Source: Dicyema japonicum
Lineage: Eukaryota > Animalia > Dicyemida
Assembly: GCA_011109175.1 (NCBI GenBank)
Contig: RDEW01000075.1
Location: 118,652 to 182,651 of the forward strand
DNA length: 64,000 nt
Direction of reading: 5' to 3'
Positions 38,456 to 51,789 of this stretch are shown piece after piece. Position 1 is the stretch's first letter. Every line of letters starts with the position of its first letter. The position numbers and the translations under genes were made by a program. Under the pieces are notes generated by a model. It did not search any database. It was not told the DNA's origin and worked only from the letters and a program-made list of their open reading frames with translations.

Positions 38456-39259
38456 CAGTAAAACCTCTCTAATTCGCCAAATTTTGGACCTGGGAAATTA
38501 CGGCGGATTCGAGAGGCAAATTTGAATTTTTTTTATAAATTAATAAAATGCATTTTTTAATTTTACGACTTGTTCATTCTTTTGTTCTCCATCATTAATG
38601 CATTCTTTGTCTTTATCATCATTTTTATCCAAATTTCCATTTTCATTCAAATTTTCTGAAGATGATTCTCCATAAAGTTTCATCAATTTTAACCCATTTT
38701 GTTTTTTAAATTTTTCGAGCCATCCACGACTGGCTTTAAAATCAGTTATTTGGCCTTTCTTTGCAATTGCCCTCCGTCTTTGTAAGAATAATCGCGTCAT
38801 TAAAAATTGCTCCAATGGTTTCCATCAGTTCAATCCACGACATGGTATCCTCGTCGATTTCATTTAACTTCAAATATGGACTCCGGGATAATTCTGAAAA
38901 AAGCAAGGTAGATACATTCCCTTTTCTCCTCAAGTCATTAAGGATCGTCTTAAAAATAACACGTTTGAATCTTCCGTAAAAGATTTCAGACACTCTTGTG
39001 AGCGAAATCCATGGATTTTGCCCGATAAATTTATAATTTGGAGCTTTTCAAAATTTTTTAATCTTGTACAATTACGTTTCATTAGGACCAACAACAACAA
39101 AAATGATAATGTCTAATGTAGAAGTTTTTTTTAAATTAAAAAAAATAAAATAATAAGAAAATGAAAAAAATTATTTTTAAAAATGCGGCGGAGTCGAGAA
39201 TTTCTCATGTGGAATTTTGTATTTTTGAAACAATGCGGCGGATTCGAGAAGTTTTGCTG
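38456..39259 (-). mobile_element. Tigger/pogo deletion derivative
   Basis: TIRs cagtaaaacctctctaattcgcc and ggcggattcgagaagttttgctg, TA TSD on both sides, and DFKASRGWLEKFKK. Confidence 0.88.
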
Positions 39260-39399
39260 TACTTGTGCCAGAGGTCATTCTATCGTTTTCTTATCAAATG
39301 TAATATTTGATTACTTTTTCTTTGATACACTTTTATTCGAATTAGAACTTCCCAGTTTCGGGCGTGTTTCCTTCTGCTGTTCCGACAATTCTTTTATTG

Positions 39400-39570
39400 C
39401 AGGGTCATGACGATTGTCTGTTGAGAGTAAGATAATCCGGTAGTTTTCAAAGGTTCCTTCGTATCCAATGGCATTCTTTGTCTCTTGTAAGAAACAGATT
39501 TCAATTTTGTAACGTGACAGATCTTCAGATAGTTGTTCCTTCTGGTTAGAGATGAGAGGCCTCAAACGTT
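39400..39570 (-). mobile_element. RTE APE fragment
   Basis: KEQLSEDLSRYKIEICFLQETK. Confidence 0.65.
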
Positions 39571-39749
39571 GTATGTGTATGTTATAATTGTCATTATGAA
39601 CAACCTGTTTTTTTCACGTGTTTCCATGGTAACAAGATATCAATTGCTAGATTTAACAAAGAATTTATTTAAAATAATAAAAAACAATTATTTTTTAAGT
39701 CTTGACATTAAGACCGATCTTCATCTTCCATCAAAAAAATTTATATAGC

Positions 39750-40865
39750 TGCGTGGCGCCATGCGGTGCTTCGTGGCAAATTGGTTGAAGTTTCTGCTTT
39801 GTTCTTCTGTTCCTCCTCTCTCTTCCTATTAGAGTGGCGTCATGTGATCCACCTGTCTAGGTGGCGCCCAGTGCCAACTCTTCCTTTGGCCAGAGTACCT
39901 ATGCCGCACAGGAGCTTAACGACTCCCACCTTCGGCACCTCTAACCAACTAGTGTAGTTAGTCCCACTCCAACCAGATTTTCAACTTTTTTGTCTTTCCT
40001 TTCAAGAAAAGTCTAAAATTAAATCAGAATTAAACTTATCGTTTCTAAGCGAAAAAAGTGAGACCTTTTCTCGTACTCTCTCTGTTTCACTTCACGTGGA
40101 AAAAAATTGGATACCAATATCAATCTGGCAACTAAAAGAACACCAATTATTCCGCTGTCAACCTCTTCGACGACCTCTAGGAAGTCGGACTGTATGATGG
40201 CAGCTATTGAGCGGGCGAGCAGCTTTCACTCCCAAAGATCAGATTAGCTACTCCAAATCCTTGCTGGCGATATCGAACAGAACCCCGGCCCCCATAAGAA
40301 CGGGAAATTCCCCAATATCATGCAATTCAACATAAACGACTTCACACAGAAATCAAATGAACTTTTTGTATTTCTAACTTCCCACAAAATTTATATTGCC
40401 ATGCTACAAAAAACGAAACTATCACGAAAGTTAGTGCTTTCACACTACAAAGACTATTCAATTGTCCGCCGTGATCGACCAAATCCAAACAGAGGAGGCG
40501 GTGTTCTCATACTAATACACAAATCTATTCCATTCTCCGATACTTCCGCTCAGACACAAGCTCTGTTTGAAGATGACGATCACATCGAACTTACTTCCGT
40601 CTTGGTGAAAATAAACCACACAAGGTATACATTGGTAAATATTTACATCCCGCCACCAACCGAATTGCAAAAGATTGAAAATATGATAATCTGCGGAGAC
40701 CTAAATGCAAAAGATTTTCTCTGGCTAATCGACCAAAAGAGTAATGAAATGGGGTTTTAAGTCCTCCCTCAATTAGAACAATTATTTATCCTTAATGACA
40801 GAAAATCACACACTCGAACAGCTTCCAAACCTGGATACTCAAATACATCTCCTGACCTCACCCCT
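39750..40865 (+). mobile_element. Ingi/Vingi-like LINE 5' part: UTR, 2A peptide, APE
   Basis: LLQILAGDIEQNPGP (D at 40269, final P at 40292) is in frame with MQFNIN...RGGGVLI...NIYIPP...GDLNA. Confidence 0.85.
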
Positions 40866-40869
40866 ACCC

Positions 40870-41370
40870 GTTAGGAGGCAAATTCCGGAACGTGCGTACA
40901 TACGACCACATACCTGTTAAGGAGCGAATTCCGGAACATGGGAGCATACGACGATAATATTAAATTCCTGCTTATTCCTCCTAAAATTTTTATTAAAACT
41001 AAATAAAAACTTTTCTATACTTCCGAGTTGCTGATACATTCAGGTCTTGTCCCTCCAGCATGCATTTTATAATTTTTTACTCTTCAGTAGTTTTCATGGT
41101 AACTTTATTAGGCATCAGGACATTGATGTGGGTTAGTTTTTTGATTTTATTGTCAAAAATTATAGTATGCCAGAAAAAATTGGTGTAAATCTTTTATAAA
41201 ATACTTTTACTAATAATTATTATTACCTAAGATTAATCTCTATTAGTAAAAAATAATGATTTTATATAAAAATGCACAAATTATTCCGAAACTTAAGTAT
41301 TGATTAATTTGCAATAAACATGATAGCTGTTGACACAAATCACCTGTCATCAATCTCAGCGCTCGCGACA
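40870..41370 (-). mobile_element. Ginger-like 5' end (same family as 23272)
   Basis: Terminus tgtcgcgagcgctgag and internal similarity to 23300-23850. Confidence 0.75.
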
Positions 41371-41429
41371 TAATATTTACAAATTGGGCATTATTCAATT
41401 TTTTTAATTTTTCATTAATTCATTTAGAG

Positions 41430-43375
41430 CAGGGATTCTCAACGGCGGCCCGCTTAAAATTATAAAAAAATATTACATATTTTACATAATGCAGCCGTAT
41501 TTTAACTGTGCTCTGTTTGTTTCGTACAATAAAATTTTTATGGTTAAAAATTTTTTACATATTTTAACTAGGGCTGCACCCGCTCTCGTGCAAAAGGAGT
41601 GCGGGCAGAGCACCCCGCCATGCTGCTATGAACAACATTGTCTTGCGAGCTCTTGAAGCGGCAGGCTTCCCGGCAGTATTGGAACCTGTGGGATTGGACC
41701 GCGGAGATGGGAAAAGACCGGATGGGTTAACTGTCTTTCCGTTCACTGAGGGAAAATCGCTCGTATGGGACTGCACTGTTGTGGATTCTTTCTCGAACTC
41801 GATGATGCTCAGCTCGGCGCAGTCTGCTGGATCGGCAGCCGATCTGGCCGAAAAAAATCAAGATTAAAAAATATGGCGAAATTGGAGACCGCTACCGTTT
41901 TGTACCGATAGCAATCGAGACGTCTGGTGCGGCTGGAAGTATTACAGCCTCTTTCCTAAAGGAAATCGGGGGAAAATTGGCCCACCGCAAGAAAGACGTG
42001 CGGGAAGCGGTCTGGCTGAGGCAAAGAATTGGTATCGCTGTTATTCGCGGAAACGCTTACTCCGTGATGTCAGCAGCCGCTCTCCCTCATAGTTAATAAA
42101 TAATATTTTATTGTTAATAAATTTTTGTTCATTTTAACTATTGTTTTTTAATTAAATATTTGTTGTATTAAATTTTAATTAATATTGCTTGTGATGTCTG
42201 GAAAACGTGTAAAAAGAAGTAGAAAAATTATTCAAGAAAATTGTGCATTTAACCCGAATGGGAGGCAACAATTTTTCTTTTTTGAAGAAAATGGCAAACA
42301 CATTTCCTGATTTGTCATTTTGTTGTACGATGTCTTAAGTTATATAATGTCGAGATGTATTATATGAAACATTCTTCAGAATATGATTCATTTCAAGGTG
42401 AATCAAGAAAAATCAAATTTCTATCTATGAAATCAAATTGCAAACTACAAACCACTTTGTTTAAACAGCCCATGACATCAAGATCCGCTACAATAGCTTC
42501 TTTCAAAATTTGTCATCTACTTGCAAAAAATACGAAGCCGTATTCAGATGGAGAATTTATTAAGCAAGCTATCTTATATTTACTGAAAAATGTTGTTCTT
42601 CAGAAATTAAAAAAATGTTATAAACTTACAGCTAAGCAACGATACAGTTACTCGGAGAATTGAGAAAATATCTGACGATATCAATGCCAGCTACTCACTG
42701 AATCCAACTTTTTCGTACACTATTCTATTGCTCTTGACATCACTAAAGATGTTAGTGATACAGAACAAATGGCTGTGTATATTCGAGGTGTCATGCCTGA
42801 CTTTAAAATTTATGAAGAATTTCTCATGCTACGTAACTTTCATGGTTCTACTAAAGGAGCTGATATATTCCGTGAATTTCGTGATTGCCTTGAAAAGGCA
42901 CATTCGGATCTTTCAAAAATGTTTTCAATTGCCACAGATGGATGTCCTTCTATGGTTGGATGGAAAACTGGGTTTCAAGGTCTCGTAGCTGGATGGCGAG
43001 TAGATGATGAGTTGAGTCCTGTGATTTGGCATCACTGCATACTACATCAAGAAAATTTAGCTGCAAAATCTATAAAAATGGACCATCTAACAGAAACGGT
43101 CATTTCAATCGTAAATTTTATTCGCTCTCGTGCTTTAAATCACAGCAATTTTAAGAAATTTCTCGAGGATGTTGATGCTGAGTATGGAGATTTGTTCATG
43201 CATACAACCGTACGATGGTTGAGTCGGGCAGCATGTCTAAAAAGGTTGTATAAATTTTAAATATATCGCATTTAGATTTTATGACCTTCTCCCGGAGATT
43301 ATAAATTTTATTGACAATAAGATATTATATCTTCAGCTTACTGATAGGAGTGGATTGCGGATTTAGCATTTATGG
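41430..43375 (+). mobile_element. hAT (GTF2IRD2/Spin-like) transposon, 3' truncated, interrupted by CRE
   Basis: TIR cagggattctcaa. Motifs KPYSDGEFIK, IATDGCPSM, HCILHQENL and VRWLSR. Confidence 0.88.
41571..42120 (+). mobile_element. CRE 3' fragment, nearly identical to 25657-26175
   Basis: Near-identical nucleotide sequence; attttaacta on both flanks may be a TSD. Confidence 0.92.
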
Positions 43376-43389
43376 TTGAATTTTTTGGA

Positions 43390-44150
43390 GCTGATCTCTG
43401 AATATCGAAGGTGTTTCTCCGTTATGCATACTCCCCCGTCTGGTTTATCCAGTATAATTTTTTCTGCACCCGACTTCGGACACATTATCTTCTGATAGCA
43501 TTTCCAAAAAGAGGGATTCTTCATATCAATTTTTGCAGCCTCAGCCCTCCATATACGGTCAGTCTCCTCCTTCCATATATTGCTGATTGCTTCCTTCATC
43601 ATCCTGATTCTGGCTGATATGAATTCCCCGTCTATTTTGTCAGCACAACGTCTTTGCTCTACCCTTAGGTGATTCCTCTCCCGGCGACACAAAATAATGA
43701 TTTTTTTGAGAAAACCCTTCGTGAATACAGATGAAGATATGATTGCAGTAGATTTGTTAATTCTCTACTTGCAGCATTGATACCTTCTATGGTTGAAAAC
43801 TCTCTCGGTAGAACACACAAATTAATGGATATGAAGACCCTATAGTGGGCCCAATCCAAGTTAGATATGTTGAACCTCAAGAAGACATCTGGTCTCAAAG
43901 TGATAACTAATTTTTGTGGAATATGGTCACTCCCGATATCCCATAGACTTTTTGGCTTTCCCACATACACAGATAGAGCTGGCGATACTAGGAATACGCC
44001 GAGTTTGTCGCCACCATGATAAGAAAAATGATTTGGGTCATCCGACGTAAGGATCACAAAGCCACATGAATCAGACAATAATTCTAAACGTCGTCCATCC
44101 TGATTTGTCTTGCTACATCCATAACTACCTAACCATTTCCTAACCCTACC
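43390..44150 (-). mobile_element. Jockey/I-group LINE APE-region fragment
   Basis: DIGSDHIP, NLDWAHYR and FW motif. Confidence 0.6.
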
Positions 44151-44269
44151 ACTACCTTGACTGTAATTCTATCTATTGAGCTCTATTAACATATGAGTTT
44201 AACCTCATATTATAGTTTATTTAAACTTACAAATCATGGGTTTTTTGGTTGAGGTGGTGACGTCCCTCT

Positions 44270-45725
44270 TGAAAAGTATGTCTGAAAAACACGAAAATTG
44301 CAACATAAATGACTTCTCTCTTTTAACGTTCAATGTCAAAGGACTCTCTAGTGCAGAGGTTGTCAAACGGTGTGCCGCGGCACACTAAGTGTGCCGCAAG
44401 ACAATTTCTAGTGTGCCGCCTGCCAAATACAAATTTGAATAAATTTATATACATTTTTGACCTAATTAATTTAAAAAGATAAACGAATTAAAATAATTAC
44501 TAAAATTAAAATAATCATTTTTTTATTATACATTAAATGACATTTACATTGGTTAACCATTATTTATTAATTTTTTTAATAACGTGCGCATCAACGTGCT
44601 TATGTGTAAATCAGTTCGTCGTTTTTATAAAGATTCTTATTTGTCATTTGGATTTATATGCAAAGATAAAAATAAACTACCTCAATGTCTAATTTGCATG
44701 GATTTTTGGCAAGTGATGCTATGGCTCCTAGCAAACTAAAGAGACATTTTACTTCCAAGCATCCGGACTATTCCAAAAAATCTGTGGATTATTTTATCCA
44801 TTTGAAAAAAAACAACTTAAGTATTATTTGGTTTTTACTATGAATCGTAGATCTAGTCAAATGATGTTCAGTGAAACTTTTTTAAACACAAAGGAATCAT
44901 TGAAATGTTCATACCTGATCTCAGAAGTGATAGCAAAACAACTAAAACCTCACAATATTGGCGAAAACTTGATAATCCCTGCTTGTCGTATTATTGCTCG
45001 GACTATGTTTGGTCATAAATATGAACAAAAAATAATGAAGATACCTTTGTCAGATAACACTGTTTCTCGTCGGATTTGTGCTGAAATGCGAGTGCCTTTG
45101 TTAACCATTTGACCTGATATTGATGATATATGCAAAAACAATAATAATTAAGAATTCATTTTTTTATTAATAAAAATTTGGGCATTAAATTACCAATTTT
45201 TGTACTTAGTTTTACACATCTTAAAAAATTAATTTTTTTATTTTTTAATGTGTGCCGTGGATTATTTTTTACGATTAGTGTGCCGCGAGAATTATTTTTT
45301 GAAAAGCTCTGCTCTAGTGCATGGAAAAGAAAAGAACTTTGTGAAGATCTTTCAAAATACAAGATATCAATTGGATGTTTCCAAGAGACAAAAATATCGA
45401 AGGAGTTTGAAATCTTATACGAGAGAACAGGAACTGAGCCAATATCATGTGAGATTACTGATTCAAGATGGAGGCTCTTTGGACACATACTCCGCCACGA
45501 TATGGGGACCCTGCCAACATAGCAATGGAGGAGTATTTTGTCTTAGAAGCTTTCGTTTCCGCGGCCGGCCGAGGACAACACTGCCGGTTATTCTAGATGA
45601 AGATCTCAGGATACGCTACGGAACATTGCAACGGATGGAAAAAGATGGGGGACGTTAATTAGATTGTTAACTTTTCGTGTTGCACATGCTTTGTCATGAT
45701 CTTGGCATCGCGTACGTGCCTATAA
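44270..45725 (+). mobile_element. RTE deletion derivative split by a hAT insertion
   Basis: FNVKGLSS|AWKRKELCEDLSKYKISIGCFQETK rejoins across the hAT; then RWRLFGHILR and FRGRPRTTLP. Confidence 0.8.
44354..45311 (+). mobile_element. hAT (Buster-type) non-autonomous element
   Basis: TIRs cagaggttgtcaaa and tttgaaaagctctg. 8-bp TSD CTCTAGTG at 44346-44353 and 45312-45319. Motif KPHNIGENLIIPAC. Confidence 0.92.
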
Positions 45726-45779
45726 TAATCATGGGTTGCCTTATTTTTGAATTTTTATGAAAAAAATAAACACAACATG

Positions 45780-46340
45780 ATGACAACGTTACAAAACAGA
45801 AAGGCGTAAAAATTTTTAACTCTAGATTATTTTAATTTGTGGAATCAACATAAATAACAGTTGCTTCTTTTGAAACGATCGCTTCTACAAAACAAAATTG
45901 GTAATGTACGTCACTAATATTAAATATATATTTAAAGCCATCATCGGCCTGGGACCATCGACTCAAATCCACCAAGTCCATTTGAAATCTTTCTCAAGGT
46001 AATTTTGCTTTAATGTAAATCATAGGAATTTGAGTTTTTAAAGGTTGGCTTTATGCACATGCTGTGTATTCGGAACATACATCACGTATAATGGATCTTT
46101 TTATGGTGAATTAATAATTGTTGCATAATTCTTTCAGTTTATTGATTCCATAATGAGTGGTCAAATGCTGTTTCATGCATTCTATCTTCATAGTTTGAAT
46201 ATCGTCCTGAGCAATTATGGTTGATGATCTTCATTGTAGATATGAAACAATATCATTGTACTCTTGGCTAGTCCTGATCATACTTTTAATATGCATTTTT
46301 CTAACACGGATAATTCGATTTATGAATTAATTGTGGTTAA
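45780..46340 (+). pseudogene. Possible decayed host gene with short GT-AG segments
   Basis: Several short intron-like segments (e.g. gtaattttgctttaatgtaaatcatag) between hydrophobic coding-like stretches. No continuous frame could be built. Confidence 0.25.
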
Positions 46341-46349
46341 TTGATTTTA

Positions 46350-47470
46350 GATGTCAATATCCAAAAAAATCCAAGGTGTAACGCCTAAAATTAACCTGCA
46401 TGGAGCGCGACAATTATTGTAGATTTGTTAATCAAAATGATCATTTTTATTGTTGTTGTCAGTCATAAACGTCTATTCAAAATATGGATTTATAAGGAAC
46501 CTGGAAAATAAAAGTGGAATCGAGGTGGCCACAAATCAGAAGAAATTTCATCGATGTTGGCCCTTGTAGGTTTCTATAAGTTCAAGAACGGTCAAATTAG
46601 AAAATTGTGTGAGGATTAAAAATTACTCAAAATGGAAGACCTAATAATCCCAAGAGTCAAGGGTTGTTGAAAGATCAAACCAGACGATCTCAAGAAGTTT
46701 ATTGAAAATGATAGTTTCGGATGACAAGAAAGAGTAGATAAAGCACATTCGAAAGGCTGTGTTTTTATACAATCAACGCCTCACTCATCCACAGATAAAT
46801 TTGTGCTTTTATTTTTTGTAGGTGTTAGTCCGTTTCAGAGATATCGAGGGATTCCGGGCTACAACACCATTGAGGAAAATACTGCAACGGAGACAGACGG
46901 TGAAGAAAACCTTGAAAGTGTGGATAATATTGCTGAATTAACAGAGCCAAACGGTAAAGACAGCCCCGAAACATATAGTAAAGGTTTTTTGTTTATAATT
47001 ATACAAAAGGTGATTAAAAATTGGATTTTCTTCGGGTAGACTAGAATTCTCTTTATTATAAAAAGATGAATAAAAAGATGGGATTGAATCGATCGAAATA
47101 TGAATTCAACAGTGGAGATAGTGTATTCAATTTATAATTATTTAAAAAGTTCGTGTTCAGAAAGTCTATGGGACTAATCCTTTACTATTTCTGCAATGGT
47201 TTGAGTATCCCTACGGAGCTGCTGTCACTATTGTTGCAAAATTGTTCCACAATTATGTCAACGTTGAAGATTGTGAGGGTATAGTGAGGAAAGTGCATTC
47301 TAAACGCCTTAAAAAGATAATTATCAATAATTAGAAAATGTTTTCTTTGGAATAATTAATTATTTTATTTTTTGACAATGATTGACATTGATTTCAGCTG
47401 TCAAAGGTAACGTCTGTGACTCAGTAATTGATTTGGCGCAGTGAGCGACCGAGCGCTACGCGCGACCAGT
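46350..47470 (+). mobile_element. Degenerate Ginger-like integrase copy
   Basis: FKNGQIRKLCED, GRPNNP.SQG, SPFQRYRGI and YYKKMNKKM, with a TIR-like gcgctacgcgcgac near 47455. Confidence 0.7.
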
Positions 47471-47514
47471 CAATGTCAATCAAATTAAATTAATTTTTGA
47501 ACTCACTTTACGGA

Positions 47515-50500
47515 CCTCCCGTCCTTTTTCATCCGTTCAACTGAGACTCGGAGTTCAACTCGGGAAACGGAGATTTTTCGCCTAAGAAGGATTGTACGAT
47601 CGAGGTTGCTTGAAGGAGGAACCCGATCCGCATTGAAGGCCTTTTCACTCTCAGGCGGACCACGCAATCCAACCGCTGATACTTACAAGATTCTATTGGA
47701 AAAGCATCCACACTCTCCGAATTACCTACGCCACTGTTTGCCCCCATCAAAAGTGACCCCTTTGTCCACTTCGCCTGAGGATGTCATCACGGCGTTATGG
47801 AACATTGCACCAAGCAGCAGTGGAGGTCTCGATGGCTTAAGGCCCGGCCATCTTAAAGACCTTATTTCACCGACTATTAGAGACCAAGCATGTCGTCTTT
47901 CCTTCTCACTCACTTCTCTTATGAACAGAATATTATCTGGACATGTCCCTGATTTTATACGACATATCTTGTTTTCGGCTAGTCTGATTGCAGTCGACAT
48001 GAAGGGAGGTGGTATCCGTCCGATCGCGGTCGGATTCGAAAGTCAAGCGGAAAAAAGTCAAGTTGTCTTTTTTTAGTTTATATCGCATTTTTGTGATACT
48101 ACTAGCATCTTTTAATTTTTAAAAATTTTTTCAATACTTGACTTTTTTTCCGCTTGACTTTTTTTCCATTTTTGAAAATTTTTCCCTTATAAATTTTCGA
48201 AATTTAGCGCAAAACGGAAAAAAGTCAAGTCCGTTAACGAAATTACGGACTTGGAATGACGATATAATATTCCATATCGATGGATGACGATATCCCGTCA
48301 AATTGTATAATTTATTGTTCCACCCTTCACAATAGTTATTTGTTCTTTGTTTATTAATGAGTGTAGCTTCATACACATTCCATAAATTTGGAGGAAACAA
48401 TGGAACAATGTGCTGTATTCTATCAGCTAAGGGGTTTTCTTGATCATTTAAGCAACGATAATAACCGCGAACATATGTTCTATCAAAATAATCTAATATA
48501 TATTTTGAATTTGGAACATTTTCTGGCATATTATTCATTAGGAATTCTATTCCTTCTTCCATATCTTGAATGGGTAAAAACGCAAGAGCGTCTATCATTG
48601 CGCAAAAAAATGTTAAAATTAATATTTTCTTTATATTGTTTTACTAGATGCAATTCTTGAATTTTTCTCCAGGTTGACTGTCTTAGATGAAAATAACATC
48701 CTCTAATATGTATTGTCTCCCAAATACTGCAAGGACAGCTCGAAATACCGAATCTTCAAAGTTTGCCATAATAGTTTCAAGACAAAATTCCAAATTCAAA
48801 TTATGAATTGCATTTTGAATAGGCCTCAAAAATTCTTCGTAAATCTTTCGTGATTTAGAAGGTAATATTCCATAAATAACTGTAATTGCACTGGCATTGA
48901 ACTGAATCCTGATAAAATAGATTTGCTTGAAGATACATGGTGCCATGGAGAAATTTCCATCCATATACCATGATTTTGAATTCGCCAATAACGTTATATT
49001 AGTTTTGGTGCTGAATATCAATATTCTATCAATTCTTCTATGATTATCATAAATTAAAAAATTTTCTGAATCTGGACCAAGAGTTAAAGATAAAGACGAT
49101 GGAATATCTCCGAGATCGAAAATATTTTTTGGAATATGTAGAGACAAGCGTTGATTCCTTAGTGTTCGCTTGAAAGAATCTGCAGAAGGGAGAATAATTC
49201 TGGTTGCTGTTTCATATTGAGACACAACCTTTGAATAGATTTGTAAGGGATTTTCTTGACTCGTTTTAGCAATAAGTTTTGCTTCGTTGAACAATTTCAT
49301 CAGTTTTATTTGACTTTCGTCAAATTCGTGATTGTGAGAAATTCCTTCTTTGGGAAATTCAAAATTATGATCTGTTCTTAGGCTTCCTCTGCATCCTTGT
49401 GAAGATTTTTTCACACATTTAAAAATTATATAGTTTTTTGTCACCGAGTGCTTTGTATACATAAAACCCTTAAAACAAATTTTCTTTCCTCCTTTGTTAG
49501 TTGATATTATCTCCATTTTGTCTCTTATTTTTGCGGCAAGCATAATATTTAAAATACGCCTAATTATAACCTTAAAATCCGTATATTGATTAAGTCAAAA
49601 AGATTAAACCAAAGCGAAAAAAGTTAAGTCAATTTTATTATATTAGGAATCCTTGGCCCCCAAGCAGATGAATTGGTTTGTAAGATCGGCTCCATGATTC
49701 AAGCTGTGACCAAGGATCCGCGAGAGACTAGTTGGTTCTGAGAACGTATCTCGTTGGCTATTGTTAGGGGAAATAGCATGGCCATTCAGATGCCTTAATT
49801 TAATTTTTATTCATTTGATAATAAAAAAAAAATTTTATTATTACCTTGGAATTCTTAAATTGATTTAGTCAAAGCGATTATACCAAAGCGGAAAAAAAGT
49901 CAAGTCCGTGATTTCGTTAGCGGACTTGACTTTTTTTCCATTTGCGCTAAATTTCGAAAATTTATAAGGGAAAAATTTTCAAAAATAGAAAAAAAGTCAA
50001 GCGGAAAAAAATCAAATATTGAAAAAATTTTTAAAAATCAAAAGATGCTAGTAGTATCACAAAAATGCGATATAAACTAAAAAAAGACGACTTGACTTTT
50101 TTTCCGCACTCCTCGGATTCACCTTCTGGAGACTAGCAGCCAAGATTATTTCCAGATTTTCTACGTCAATCTTGTCAAAATCCTTACTTCCCAGTCAAGT
50201 TGGAGTTATAGTTCGTCTTGGATGTGAGGCAGCCGTTCACTCCGTAAGGACATTCAGGAACCGCAGCATTTAGACTTTAAAAGGCACATTATGGTAAAGC
50301 TGGACATCAAAAACGCTTTTAACAATTTAAGAAGAAACTGCATTCTGGAGGCCTGCAAAGAAAGATGTCCATACATATTTGAACTGGTCAATTATTCATA
50401 CGGAAAGCCTACATCTCTATTGCACGGGGATTTCATGGTTCCATCGTCCTCAGGTGTTCAACAGGGCGACCCCCTCGGACCACTGCTGTTCTTCAAAATT

Positions 50501-51420
50501 GAGAGGATTACGAAGCTCTCTAGATGCCCACTCAACATCTGGTACCTCGATGACGATGTCTTAGGAAGTCTCCCGGAGATAGTCTTTCAGGAGTTAGAAG
50601 TACTCTTCCCCGCGTTGTTCGAGGTGGGTCTTGAATTGAGTACAACGATATGTGAAATAAAAAAATGTGTTCTTGCTGACGATGACTTCTCTTCAATTGT
50701 TCCAAAATTTTACTCCTTGTTTCCTGGTGGGATTTCGACCCCTGAAAACGAATTGATTTTTCTTGGATCCCCGATCACTAGGAATGCGATGAAGCATGTC
50801 CTCCTTGACAAAAACAACTCCTATGCGAATCGCTGGACAGATTACAGCTACTTGACTCACACTCAGCACTATTCCTCATGAAAAGAAGTCTTAACATTCA
50901 GAGAATCGCCTATTTACTCAGGACAGCCCCGTACTATTTCCAACTGGAACAGCTTGAGCACTTTGATTTGTCTTTTCTCGGGTCGACGGAGCAAATATTA
51001 AAATGTCAAATTCGACGATGCTACATGGGAAGCAAGCTACACTCCCAGTTAGATTTGAGAGTCTTGGAATCCGTCGTACTTTGGACGTTTCACTTCGAGC
51101 ACATCTGTCTTCACTCACGGCCTGCCAACCTTTGGTCGGGAGGATTCTACACTTCCTACCCGAATTCTCAATTGACCAAGACATAATCCACGCACGAGAA
51201 GCCTGGAATGCCACCAACCTCCCCCTGCCTCCTTCACAAGACTGCAAGCGAAACCTGGACAATTTATTGTGTTGGAAATCATATGGACTCCTACTGGAAT
51301 CAGCCAATCAGCACCGACGCGCTTGTTTGCTTTCGGGGGCTTTTCCTGAGAGCAAAGCTTGGCTAAACGCCATCCCAAATAGAGCTCTGGGCACCTTTCT
51401 GGATAATGAATGCTTCCAAT
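47515..51420 (+). mobile_element. CRE-clade retrotransposon split by a MULE
   Basis: GGIRPIAVGF|TFWRLAAK rejoins across 48038-50112; then KLDIKNAFN, GVQQGDPLGP and WYLDD. Confidence 0.9.
48038..50112 (-). mobile_element. MULE with ~210-bp TIRs, FLYWCH-MULE transposase and a captured CRE fragment
   Basis: TSD TCGGATTC at 48030-48037 and 50113-50120. ORF 48683-49543 (WYMDGNF) and TNNYCEGWN. CRE 3' end at ~49646-49830. Confidence 0.93.
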
Positions 51421-51700
51421 GCATTGTGCCCACAATGATTGGCCTCATGAATCTCCCGATTTATTATTTTCATTTCTTCTATTTTAGTGGAAACAATTAC
51501 GAGCTTATGTAGACCGTTTACATCCTTAAAATACAATTTCCCCTCATTAATTATGAAATTTTCCGCTTTCTTTTTGAGTAGATGCTTCTAATCCTTGGGA
51601 AGATCGACATCCTCATTATCAAGTAAAGATTTAAAATTTATATTCATCTTGATCTTTCACAAACAAACGCTGGTGTGTTTCTTAGCATCTTTTCCTCCGC
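51420..51700 (-). mobile_element. Ginger integrase N-terminal fragment
   Basis: AENFII...KLVIV...EIHEANHCG resembles the ORF at 34950. Confidence 0.55.
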
Positions 51701-51789
51701 AAGATTGGAAAACTCTACAGCCTTAAATTAAATTTATAGAACCTTTCTTTTTTGGTCAATGGTTCAAAAAGTTAGCACAAAAATTTAAA

